Below the pieces are notes generated by a model. That model was not told where the DNA came from. It searched no databases and saw only the letters and a program-made list of their open reading frames with translations. Below, one piece after another: positions 51,297 through 63,151 of a DNA stretch of 64,000 nt (position 1 is its first letter; the number at the start of each line of letters is the position of its first letter). The stretch lies in the NCBI GenBank assembly GCA_964270895.1, contig OZ185437.1; one strand, 5' to 3'. The DNA is from Podarcis filfolensis (Eukaryota). A program made the translations under genes and the position numbers.

Positions 51297-51832
51297 ACTG
51301 ATTAAAAGTAGGACTAAGTAAAATGCCAATTTCCTCCTGCACCAGCAGCACCTCTATTAACAACACTTTACAAATACTTGACTACATAGGTCAGAAATGG
51401 GGAATATTAGGTGGGAGTGGTTGTTAAGATGTGAAGGCCAGGAAAAAACCCCCCAGGTTTACTTAAAAAAATAAAATATTTTGCAGGTGTGTGTGTATCT
51501 GGCCCACAGGACTCTCCTTCCATCCTTCACACTCATCGTTCTGTTCATATTCTCTCTCCATGTCTCATTCCGTCCCTGTGTTCATAAATATTTGCTCTTT
51601 GTCAGTGCTTATTTCAAACAATATATATGTAATAAGTTGAACAAGATTTCTGCTGTGTTGCACTTGATTCAGCCCTCTGGGTACTGTGGAAGCTGGAATG
51701 TGTGATGGAATACAACTTATGTGATAAGTGTGACATGCTAGAAAGGAGGCATGCTAGGCTAGACTCCGACAAATAATGTCAGATAAGCAGGGAATTTTAA
51801 TAATTAATGCTGCTTTTATCATTGTTTTATGT

Positions 51833-52061
51833 CATGGGCAGGCAAACTAAGGCCTGGGGGCCGGATCCGGCCCAATCACCTTCTATATCCGGACCACAGA
51901 TGGTCCAGGAATCAGCGTGTTTTTACATGAGTAGAATGTGTCCTTTTATTTAAAATGCATCTCTGGGTTATTTGTGGGGCATAGGAATTTGTTCACCCCC
52001 CCCCCAAATATACTCCGGCCCCCCCACATGGCCCACTGCTGAAAAAGTTTGCTGACCCCTG
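51833..52061 (-). mobile_element. hAT MITE, same family as 45690 and 49667, shorter variant
   Basis: Both TIRs present; only a 6-bp flank match (TTATGT); a single internal unit. Confidence 0.88.
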
Positions 52062-52186
52062 TTATGTTATACATAATTTCATGCTTTTTTAATGTTTCAG
52101 TTTTTAATGTTGCCTTGAGGGTCTGATTTGGATTAAAAACACATTAATTCAATAATAATAAAAAGATGCAGATATGTGTATGTATA

Positions 52187-52388
52187 GGGAAGGACAGTAG
52201 CTCAGTTGTAGAGCATCTGCTTTGCCGGTAGACACTCCCAGGTTCAAAATCACAGACATCTCAAAGTACAGCTGAAGAAAATCCTCGTCTGAAATTCTGA
52301 AGAGCCACTGTAAGTCAGTGAAAACAATGCTGAGCTAGACAGACCAAAGTGTTTGACTCAGTGTAAGGCAGCTTCCTATTTTCCTATG
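52187..52388 (+). mobile_element. tRNA-derived SINE (Squam2-like)
   Basis: GTAGCTCAGTTGTAGAGCATCTGCTTTG head, CCCAGGTTCAAA box B, tail GGCAGCTTCCTATTTTCCTATG. Confidence 0.8.
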
Positions 52389-52794
52389 TTTTGTATTCAT
52401 TGCTCAGATTCAAGTGTCTAGTAGCTAGGATTGTGCTGTCTGCAGTTTTGCAGGTATTTCGCCTCTGAAATTGTGTACGCTGTTGATTCCCTAAGCCTCT
52501 CTCACAAGACAAAAAGGGCGGGAGTGAACACCTGGAGTTTCAATCGCTTAAGTACTAAACACAAAGGTGATAAATGGCTAAATCCGAAGGGCAGATGATA
52601 TAAGCGTTGTGAATATGCATTTGGGTTTTTATTAAAGCAGATCAGAATCCACTTTCAAGGCATAAAACTGGGTAGTTAGCAGTCAGCCATTTTCACCCTC
52701 CTTTGTTTCCTTCATCGCAATAGAAACATATGTAACATCTGGAGGGCCGAGGTTGAGGAAGCGTGATCTAGAGGGTACCACAGTGGCTATTCGT

Positions 52795-52862
52795 GGCCAG
52801 GGATTGAACCTGGGATCTTCTATGTACAAAGCATCTGCTGTACTACTGAACTATGGTTCTTC
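52795..52862 (-). mobile_element. SINE head fragment (Squam2-like)
   Basis: GGGATTGAACCTGGGATCTTC...TACTACTGAACTATGG. Confidence 0.65.
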
Positions 52863-53884
52863 ACAAGAGAAATTAGATTTATTTCCATGTGGATTCTCCA
52901 AGAAGGAACGCTACCCAGGATATTAATTTTTGAGCAGTTGTTTCTTAAAGGATCGTCTCATAAGTGTCTCCATGTGACAGAATCCACAGGAAGCTATATT
53001 AAAAACTTTCCCACAGAAGCCATATTTGTCTCTGAGAAAGTTTTACCATTTCTTTTAAAATTAAGTGAAATTGTAACTCTAAGAAAAGCTCTTGATTTAG
53101 AAGCCCAGAGTGAAGATATTCCCTGATGTGTTCTTGTTTATCCTTGCCACATAGTTGTCTGCCAGTTCGATACAAATGTATTGTAAAAGATTCTGCATTT
53201 CCCCTGGCTCTCAATTCCCTTGCTAGAATTCACTCTGTCATTTAAGTCCTGCTTTGGGATAAAATAATCATCAAAGTTCTCTGTTACGCTTTCAATTTCA
53301 GGTAAGAAGAACTGAAATGTTTTGTTTTGCTCCTCTTCCTGGGGGAATATAGGTAGAATAAATCTTTATCTCTGTGATTCGCAGACCTGTGAGCTACAAC
53401 CCCAACAGAGGTTGCCAAAGAAATTGATTAGATTATCATAAAGTCCCATCGAATATCAGCTTTAAGCTGCTTATAACACTGAAATGGAAATGGAAGTGTG
53501 CCTCCCAGTGATCTTCAGTGCCTACACAAATCTCATCTCTATACATCACATTCCCCACCCTCCTTCATGCTCCTGACTTTAACCTAAAATAAACAACTCT
53601 ACTTGTGGGAACATGTCTGAGCAGGAGTACTTAGGGTATTAGGCTCTAAACACAAAGCAGATAATAGTCTCTTGCGATATTATTTTTCTAGAAAAAGAGG
53701 TGTCACAACTCACTGTCAGCACCTGAGAGGTGCTGGAACCAAGTTCTGGTGAGTTCCAGCTGAAAAAAAAAGCCCTGGTCTCTTGGGTTAAATAGTTGAG
53801 TCAGAGTACTGCGATGACCTAATCAACAGGATTAATGTAATTTCCATATATACTTCAACTGAGATTTTGGCCTGGTTTGGGTAT

Positions 53885-54580
53885 GGAGACTGCCTTGGTC
53901 ATGTGTCAGGAGAGAGATGAACCAAGTATGACTCTGTTGACCCCCCCATCTCTTAGTGGCTTCTGATACCATTAACCATGGTATCCTTCTGGGGTGACTA
54001 TTTGAGGTGGGTATTGGGGGTACCACACTGCAGTGTTCCTGCTCCTAATTGGCTGGCTGGCTGGCTCCAGAAGGTGGTTCTTGGGCAGCACTGCTCAGCT
54101 CCATGGATACTCCATTATGAGGTCCGACAGGGGTTGGTTCTGTCCCCCATGTTGTTTGACATTGACATGAAACTGCTGAGTGGGTTCATATAGCATTATG
54201 GAGCATATTGTCCATCAGCATGCTGATGACACATAGCTCTGCAGGTGTGGCCATGTATGTGCTTGGTTGCATTAATGGACTGGAACAGGGCCAGTAAGCT
54301 GAAGAATAATCAGGACAAGGCTGAGATGTTGTTAGTGGGTGGTTCTTCTGTCTAGACAACTGGTTTACAGCCTGCTCTAGATAAGGTAACACTCCTTCTG
54401 AAAGAGTGTGTTTCTCTTTTTGGGGTTTTCCTGAATCTATTACTGTCATTTGAGACACAGGTGGCCTAGGTGGCATGGAACGATTTCCACCAATTTAGGC
54501 TGGTAGCCCAACTACAACCCTATCTGGATGGGGATAACTTGTGCTGATCTAGGTCCTGATAACCTGAAAAGCTTGGCTCT
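53885..54580 (+). mobile_element. Degenerate L2 reverse-transcriptase fragment
   Basis: DTINHGILL, QGLVLSPMLFDIDMK and HQHADDT motifs with stops and frameshifts. Confidence 0.85.
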
Positions 54581-55552
54581 GTCCCTTCATTTCCCACCAA
54601 CCATGAAGAATGGTTTTCAAACACCTCTGTGTTTGAAAGAGGCCTGCTTCGTGTTTGTGTGTGTCTATACATATATTTGAGAAGGAGTACAAGAGCTGAG
54701 CTGCCTCAGCTTCAGCTAATCACAATGGCCCAGAGGACTTCTTGCTCATAGTTTGCTGCAGAAAAAGAATAGCCCAGCTGTCAAGAAATTAAACACCGTC
54801 ACAGGACAAAGAATTTTGTCCAACTTAAAATCCCAGGGCCTCTCTTAACCACTGGCAACCCCTGTGTGGCTGAAAAAACGAAACGGCTGTCAGAAACAAA
54901 ACAGACTATGTCAATGGAAAGGAAAGAGGAAGATAGATTGAAAATTGGAGGGACAATTATGATTTTGCTGCTATGAATTTTTAATTTCTCATACATGTGA
55001 TTTCCCATCTATATGTGTTTGTCAATTCTGTCTAGCATGTGGGAGAAGATAGAACCCTGTGAGGCACCACAGGACAACTTCCATAGTGCTGAACAGTAGC
55101 CTTCCATGACTACTTTCTAGAAACAGCTCTGGAGGTAGGAGCGGAATCACTGAAACCCAGTTTCCCTAACCTCAACCCCCCTTGAGACGCACAAGCAGGA
55201 TACCAAGGTCAACGGTATCAAAACCACTGAAAGATCAAGGACAACGAGCAAGGCCACACTCTTCCCATGTATCTCATGATATATGTCACCTACTGGGGTG
55301 ACCAAGCAGTTTCAGTGCCATGATCAGGCCTGAAGTCAGACTGGAATGGATCCAAGTTTACCTAACTGAAGAGCAGCTATTGTGCCCACACCCATGTTGC
55401 AAGACACACATCAATGGACTGAACTATGGCCATGAATTATGATGTAATACGTTGCAGGAAACCCCAGCTATAAGAAACTCAGCACTGAGAGAAGAAGGCC
55501 AACAGAGCATTTGATGCAACATTTCTCTGATGAAAATATGGACACCCTGTTC

Positions 55553-55879
55553 CATAATAATAATATTAATAGTAATGATGTTATTATTTATACACCACCC
55601 ATTAAACATTTTTAAAAATCCCTATACAGGGCGGCCTTCAAATGTCTTCTAAAGGTTGCATAGTTACTTATTTTCTTGGCTTCAGGGTTGTATAACTCCA
55701 TACTGTCCAACATGTCTCCAATGAAAATAGGGCCATCATACCACACCCTCCAGCTTTTCTCTGATGAAAATAGGGACATCCTAAGGAAAAGCAAGACATT
55801 CTGGGATCAAATCAGAAACCAGGACAGCTTCTGTAAATCTGGGACTGTCCCTGGAAAATAGGGTCATTTGGAGGGTCTG
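55553..55879 (-). mobile_element. Second MITE + L2-tail chimera
   Basis: Minus strand reads CAGACCCTCCAA...TTGGACAGTATGGAGTTAT, then NYATFRRHLKAALYRDF (L2 ORF2 end) and the L2 tail. Confidence 0.72.
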
Positions 55880-55917
55880 TTTGATGCAGTGCTCATCTCC
55901 AATTCTGACTGGATCCT

Positions 55918-56002
55918 TCCCATGGGCATCTGGTTGGCCATTCTGAGAACAGGATGGACTAGAAGGGCTACTAGCCTATCAAGCAGATTTTCTTATATTC
56001 TT
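55918..56002 (+). mobile_element. SINE/LINE 3' tail fragment
   Basis: GGCATCTGGTTGGCCA...GAGAACAGGATGGACTAGA...CTTATATTCTT. Confidence 0.55.
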
Positions 56003-57677
56003 GCACCTGGCAAGAGTTAAAAATCTCAGCTGCCTCTTTGGCAGCCAGTTTTTTCAAGCCTGGGAAGAGACTCACGAGCTACATCTATTAACTACAGGAT
56101 TTGAGGCATATAATTATTCTAATAACAACAATGAAAATTGCAATGTGCACTACTGAACTGCAGTAGGAACTGCTGTCTTTGATTTGCAAAGCAACATCGT
56201 AAGTGATTTGAGGAAATCAAATCTTCATAAAAGATAGCACTACCAAGTACTCCCCCACACACCAAAAAAACAACCACCCAGAACCCTTCAGTGAAATAAA
56301 TGGGCTGTGTTCTGCTTGGCCATCTCTTGAGACTGGCTTCTACTCTCAGATACACCAATGGAAATTCAACAGTTGACTCTGATCGGATTACTGTGGATTT
56401 GCACAGGTGAAAGTACGATCAAAGTGCAGTATTTGATCTGTATTGCTTGTCATGCCCCTGGGTTTTCTGATTTCTTAGGTAAGCACCTTATAACTTCTAG
56501 CAGCAAATATATATTAGAAATCTGTTCTCCTTTTCTCAGTAGAAATCCACTGTGGAAAAATTGATCTTAATTGCTTTTGCACTTAGCGTAAAATTGTAAA
56601 GTCTAAGAAGTGTGTGTTTGAGAGAGAGAAAAAATATGAAGGCGTTATAACCACCTTATCCAAAGCCCTTCCAAGCTCTCATTGAGCTCTCATGTCCCTC
56701 CATCCTTTACCTTTTTCCTTCCAATCTGTCATGAGCAGACTCTGCAAAAGTCTGAGTTATTTATCTGCAAAAAATCCTATATCATCAATATGCTATGTTG
56801 TTTAGAAAATACCACAAACAGCAAAAAAACCCACAAAAACCCAACAATAACATTATATTGTTAAAGCAAATTGATAAAGCAAATCCAGAACATATCACTA
56901 TGCAGTGAAAACCTTTTTTATTGCAACCTAGCTGGATCACCAGTTCAATCTTAGGAGCCTCTAAATGAAATATATTTTATATTTTAGGCTCTTCATAATG
57001 TTGGAAACATATTAGAAATATTAGATGAGAAACTGGGGTGCTTTAAGGTGGTTCCCCTCCTAAAAAACTGCTGGATTGGAAAGATAATGGATATGTGACA
57101 ACTGCAAAGCCTACACGCCCCCCAAAAAAATTCGTTTGAGAATTAATATAAATTGCAGCAGTTTATACCAAAAGAAAAAGCTGCCCATAAAGACTGTGCT
57201 ATTTGAGCTCACCCTATTTTGTCTGGTGATAATATTTGTCATAACTATGCAAAAAGATGCTGTAAGAATTATCTACTTAAAAGTAACAATTACTGTAAAG
57301 CGAGAACCAAGCAGTACCTCAATTTATATTTAATAAGGCTCCTATTATGTTAATTAAATATGCATTGAGCAAGAAAGTAAGTCACTGAATCTCAGTTACA
57401 TTTGATAAATTCATTTGGCAAGTGTTGTGTTATTAACACAAAAATCCAGAAATGCCATACATTCCATGTAATTATAGTTTTCATACCCTCCTCCCACTTC
57501 ATATGTCACAGAGTCCTAGGCATTTAAGAGTGTGAGAGTAAATTGAATGGCATCTTCTGAAGCTAGTAATTAATAACCAGAACCTATGCAAATGTTTATT
57601 TGTTCAAGGTGTCTCTAATGTAGTGATGCCAGGGTATTAAAGACCTTGGGGTGAGTTAAGAATATACATCTTTAAAC

Positions 57678-57767
57678 CATAGCTGTCAACTTTTCCCTTT
57701 TCTTGCGAGGAATCCTATTCGGAATAAGGGAATTTCCCTTAAAAAATGGGAAACGTTGACAGCTCTG
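57678..57767. mobile_element. 90-bp hAT MITE
   Basis: TIRs CATAGCTGTCAAC / GTTGACAGCTCTG; perfect 8-bp TSD CTTTAAAC (57670-57677 / 57768-57775). Confidence 0.92.
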
Positions 57768-58375
57768 CTTTAAACATCCAATGAAGCTTTCATTTTATTT
57801 ATAGTGCCTTTCCCCCAAGGGATTTATTTCTCAAAGCACTGTTAAACAACAACATCTAAAACTGTAATGTTTTCTATACCACATGTCCATAGCACCTCTT
57901 TAGGATTTTTGGATTCTAAAGTCACATTGAAAGGGTGGGGAAGTGAAGGGGAGAAGAAAAATTGGGTCCCTGAGCCTAAGGTGAACAATTCCTCATTCCA
58001 TGTGAAAATGCCCTCAATTTTAAAAACAGTTAGTGATGTGGCATGAAAGTCAGCTGGTAAAAGAAAAGGCAGGTCAAAATAAAATCTCACTGAGCTAACT
58101 GCATGCCTCCAGCTACAGTACAGGAATGCCCTGAAGGTTTTGTCCATTGCTGCAGGCAAATGATTTAGAGAGAGAGAGCATAATCATTCATGCCCATGTT
58201 CATCTCAAAACTATTGCATTCCAACATGGAGCCTATAAATACAGGGCAGGCACTACCATGGCACTCGGGTGACAGAAAGGGCAGCAAATTAGCACTCTTT
58301 GGCTCCATAAACACCCAGCTACACTGCCCACCTACCCGTCAGACGTCAGGGAATCCGATCCCCCCCACGGTAGGC

Positions 58376-58979
58376 TGCCAGGAATAGATAGGACAAGGAA
58401 AGTCCTTACCAATGTCTTTTATTCAATATTCACATAGAGAGGCTTAGGAATGCAGCTTCTTGGAGTAATGGCGTTGCTCCACCCCCCTTCTCTCCTAAGC
58501 CCCACCTTACGGAGGCCACATAGGCACTGGCAGAGGAAGAGGCATGTGGTAGGTGCGGCCTGACCCAGATATCATCCCTGAGGGTGGGGTGACATCACCG
58601 CCCCGGCCTCCTGGGATGCTCGATGCTCACCACGAATGGCTAGCCCCGCCCCCAGGTTCACAGCATGTGTGCTGCTCTGGGTGCTCCACCTCTGCGCATA
58701 GGGCCATTTGTTTCTGAGCCCTTTGCTCTCCTACTTTCAATGCTCTCAGGGTTCTGGGAGAAGGGGGGTCTGGAATGCTTTCTAGTGATGACGTGTCAGC
58801 CAGCTGCTCCGGCTCTGCCTCCTCCTCTCCCATTATTTCCCAACTTTGCCCCTCATCTGCCTCTGAGCTGTGGCCTCCCGCAAACCACTGTTGCAAATCT
58901 ATAGTGTCTTTCTCTTCTCTGGAAGGTTCAAGGCTGGGGAGGTGGTCTCCACCATCCGTCCTCTGTCCAGTCCCTGACA
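58376..58979 (-). mobile_element. Solo LTR-like element (Gypsy-type ends)
   Basis: TGCCAGGAA...TCCCTGACA inverted ends; AATAAA on the minus strand at 58418-58423; GC-rich interior. Confidence 0.65.
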
Positions 58980-61199
58980 CTACCTGGCTCTTCCTGTGGC
59001 TCTCCAAACCGATATCCTGCCCATACCTTGGATTCTTGATGAGGTAGCTTAGCAGAGTGCCTCAAGCAGCGGTGAAGATACCCACTTCAGACTGTGCAAT
59101 GCCGCACAAGGAATCGGGAGCTTCGTGCAACCACTGTATAACCTCAGTTTGGGTCACTGCAATATGAACATGCATGTGCAAACTGTGGCCTGCAGTGATC
59201 CGTTTTCCCGAACTAGCTTTTAAAGCCATCTTAGAGCCACAGCAGTGCTGCTTCTTCTTGTACTGCTGGACAATGCGAGCAGCCTGGACCATTCCAATGT
59301 GGGCTCCTCACATTACATGTGGGACAAGGTAATACAAGAACCCAAGAGGCCAGGCCAAGAGGCAGAAGGACATAGACTGAAATCAGAGAACAATAGGCAG
59401 TAAACGTGTGTGTGTGTGTGTTTGAGAGAGAGAGAAAGAGAGAGAGAAGTTATATTTTGGAGTCAGCATAAGGTTTTCTGGTTTGCATGCAAAGTATGAG
59501 TGAAGAGATTTATATCTACAGTGGTTGTGTGCACGCCTGTTTTTAATTAACCTTCTGCTACTTGCTCCACACCTCCAAAATAAGATAGGATAATAACCCA
59601 TATAAGAAGAGAAGAACTAGGGACCAAGGGCCAGGGAAAGCAAACATGAATTAACCAGAGTCAATTGCCTAATTTATTTTTTATTTGAAAACTAATTTTC
59701 CTCCCCCACCCCACCCTAACCTGCCCCCCAAAAGTAATTTCATTTCTTTTATTCAGAATAAGGAAAGAAATGTCTATCTATATAAAGATAGCTATGCTTT
59801 TCTGAATAAGGAATGTCTCTCAAAAGCCGGGTTGGGAAGCAGGCCCACTGTATGAAGAACAGTTTGTTTTCAGAATGCGGTGAATAGAAAAACGCTCAAG
59901 CGTCCAATCTGAGTGAAGTAAATGAGCTCTCAAATGATAAACACCTGCAAGCACCAGTTCTACTAGAAGGCTTCCTCTTGATGAAGAAAAGCAGCCGCAG
60001 GTATCAAGTAATTGCAGAAATAACAAAAGAACAGTAACTCATTCAGCAATATGAAACTATCTTAAAAACAAAACAAAAGGCAATCACGTCTCTAAACTTG
60101 TGATTACTCTGAGGAACATACATTTGCTACCGTGAGAAGAGAGGATTTCAGAACTTCTAAGTGTCAAAGTAGTTTCATAAGTTTGGAAAGAACCCAATGG
60201 ATCATTGACGGAAATCACATCCAGCGGTTTGAAATATGTGGAGAACCTTGAAAAAGACAGCAATGGGTTCAAGCATCTGCTTTAATTCATCCCAATGGGA
60301 AAGAATTATACAGGACTTTGTGGTGGGACTAAACAGGTTTATAGACCAAGGTTTGACATTCTTCCCCAAAAGGTAAATGCTTCAAGTTACAGCAACCCAG
60401 AAAGTTGAAGAAATTACAGATGCTACTGCACACTTGTATTAGACTTCTCACTATGAAGGGTGTTTTGAGTGAATTAAGTGGAAGCAGAAAATTCATATTG
60501 TAAAACTGATTTACATTTCATTGCTTTAATAGGAGGGTTTCACAGTGTGTTCACTGGGTTTGGATTTTGCTTGACAAAGATTCCACTTTTCATAAGCACG
60601 ATGAAATGACGACTTTTCCATTAACCGTAATGCAATGCACATTTCTATTTTAATTCAGTGGCAAAGCGTAATTCGCATATCTTCAAAGTGCAATAACAGG
60701 AGTATATGGTCTGTAACAGTTTTAAAGCAGAAAAAAAATATTTTAGCCACTGAGTGCAATTAAAAAATAGATGATGATAAACAGGCCAGGAAAGCATTTA
60801 TTACATACAAATTATTAATCCAATTATTAATATATTCCTTAGTAACTCGAGTTTGTTTTCAAGACTAGATGAGACACAAGAGGTCTATGATTCAGATTTT
60901 CCACTGATTTTGTTTTTCTAATTGGCTGCTTTGAAGACCAAGGAAATGTTGCTCTGGGAGAGGGTGTTTAAATCTTCCTTCCCCTACCTGTTCTCTGAAT
61001 GCTATTTGCTCTATGGGGAATTGGGAGACGGAACAGCACCTGTACCTATTTTTCCTTCTCCCCAAGTGGTAACTGGAGGCTGGAAAGGAGGTATACATTG
61101 AAAGAGATATGAACAGAGAGGATTAAACATCTGATCCTCCTAGTGATGCAGCAATAAAACTGCTAGCACATTTGCAAAGCTAAGCAGGGTCCAGTATGG

Positions 61200-61285
61200 T
61201 TTCAAATTGGATGGGGAATGTGTGTTGAGATTCCTGCATTGCTGGGGGCCAGACTAGATGTTACTTGGGGTCAATTCCAATTCTA
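61200..61285 (+). mobile_element. CR1 3' end remnant
   Basis: GAGATTCCTGCATTG...GACTAGATG...TTCCAATTCTA. Confidence 0.6.
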
Positions 61286-61299
61286 ATAATAATAATAAC

Positions 61300-61420
61300 A
61301 ACAATAATTTATTATTTATACCCTGCCCATCTGGCTGGGTTTTCCCAGCCATTCTGGGCGGCTTCCGGCAAAATATTAAAAATACAATAAAACATCAAAC
61401 ATAAAAAACTTTCCTAAACT
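61300..61420 (-). mobile_element. L2 3' tail
   Basis: TTTATACCCTGCCCATCTGGCTGGG...TTCTGGGCGGCTTCC is the reverse complement of the tail at 38460-38520. Confidence 0.75.
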
Positions 61421-61537
61421 ATGATCATAGGTTTCTAATTAGCAAAACAAGAGATCTTAATCACAGATATCCTGGGTCACATTTTCCCACCTCCCCAGTT
61501 TAGGAATTTACAAAACTAAGTTCCCATCACGTATATA

Positions 61538-61779
61538 CAGTGGTACCTTGGGTTACAGATGCTTCAGGTTACAGACGCTTCAGGTTACAGATTCCACTAA
61601 CCCAGAAATAGTATTTCGGGTTAAGAACTTTGCTTCAGGATGAGAACAGAAATCGTGCTCCAGCGGCGCGGCAGCAGCAGGAGGCCCCATTAGCTAAAGT
61701 GGTACCTCAGGTTAAGAACAGTTTCAGGTTAAGAATGGACCTCCAGAATGAATTAAGTTCTTAACCTGAGGTACCACTG
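61538..61779 (+). mobile_element. Tc1/mariner (Tigger-like) MITE
   Basis: TIRs CAGTGGTACCT / AGGTACCACTG; TA TSD at 61536-61537 and 61780-61781. Confidence 0.92.
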
Positions 61780-62860
61780 TATTAATCTCATGAAGGGACC
61801 CCATGCGATAACCAAAGAGTGAGGTTGTTTAAGTGTAATCTACAACAGGGCAGATATCCAGTGGGGAACCTGACACTGGGATGCAACACAGCCCCACTCC
61901 CCAGCAATTGCATTTAGCAAATCATGGATAAATCAGGTGAGACTTTTGTAGGCATATTGGAGACTCTCACTGGAGAGAACAGTGGTGTTCGAACTGTTTC
62001 TGGTTCTACATAGCAGGGTTGCTCAATAATGACTTTTATACCTAAACATTTTTATTAGAATGGCACACAGATTTTAAAAATTCATTTCCTAATCAACGTT
62101 TGATTGCATCTTATCAGTTAATGACATTAAACTGTAGCATGTAAAAGGATGGAGGGTATAAAAGTATAAACACTGCATGAGAGACTAAGCAAGCTTAAAG
62201 CAGAGTAAGGAGACTTTTGCTTTCATGTCAAAGAAACAACACAGTTCAATTATTTTCTTTGCAGCAGAACACAAATCCAGCGAAATCCCAGGGGAGAAGA
62301 TGATTCATCGGGTTTACAGGCTAATGGAATCGCTGGATAAAGTATCTGCAAGGGCAGATTTGTGAAGAGCCATCACTTTGTTTTTTGTCAAATATAGAGT
62401 TTAGAGCTCTTGAAAAAAATTTTGGAAAACAAATTGCAAGCTATATTATGAGAGTTACATTCAACATTTACTTTTGATGTAAAGAACTGCTTCGCAGTGA
62501 TATCAATTGATCCCAGTACTGTCAACCATGACTGGCAGTGGCTTTCAGGGATCTTTAGCTGATCCCCGCCCCCTCCTGCCCTTCTACTAGCGGGCTTTGA
62601 TTCCTTAACTGGAGATTCTAAGGTTTTAAATGTGAAATCTCATACATGACCTCATACATACTTACCACTTCAGTCAGGTTTATCTTGGCCAATCCTCCCC
62701 CATCCTTCATTTTGAGTCTTTTCTCATCCCCCTACATGAGCTCATTGTGAGTCGTCTTTCGAACACTGCCTAGCTAATTGTAGTCACCTTATGAATAATT
62801 ATAATGCTGCCTGTAAATTTTAAGCAACTTAGAAGTGTGTGGGATGAACCCATGGAAATA

Positions 62861-63151
62861 GGTAAAGGACCCCTGTTAAGTCTAGTCAAAGGCAACCATG
62901 GGGTTGTGGCGCTCATCTCACTTCAGGCCGAGGGAGACGGTGTTTGTCCACAGACAGCTTTCTGGGTCATGCGGCCAGCAGGACTAAACTGCTTCTGGTG
63001 CAACGGAACACCATGACAGAAGCCAGAGCGCACGGAAACGCCGTTTAACTTCCCGCCACAGCGGTACCTATTTATCTACTTGCACTGGTGTGCTTTCGAA
63101 CTGCTAGGCTGGCAGAACAACGGGAGTTCACCACCATTATGAGGATTCGAA
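62861..63151 (+). mobile_element. Sauria SINE, 3'-truncated, with TSD
   Basis: Head and core present; stops at GGATTCGAA; 11-bp direct repeat CCATGGAAATA (62850-62860 / 63152-63162). Confidence 0.88.

Noticed and set aside
49667-52061. Inverted pair of hAT MITEs as a composite transposon
   Set aside because: The 49667 copy has its own intact 8-bp TSD, and the outer flanks do not match each other.
58225-58300. TATAAATA followed by ACCATGG (TATA box plus Kozak)
   Set aside because: The frame ends after four codons (MALG-stop); no other promoter support.
59062-59292. 76-aa minus-strand ORF with an IQ-like start (AARIVQQY)
   Set aside because: Lacks the IQxxxRGxxxR consensus and has no convincing splice sites.
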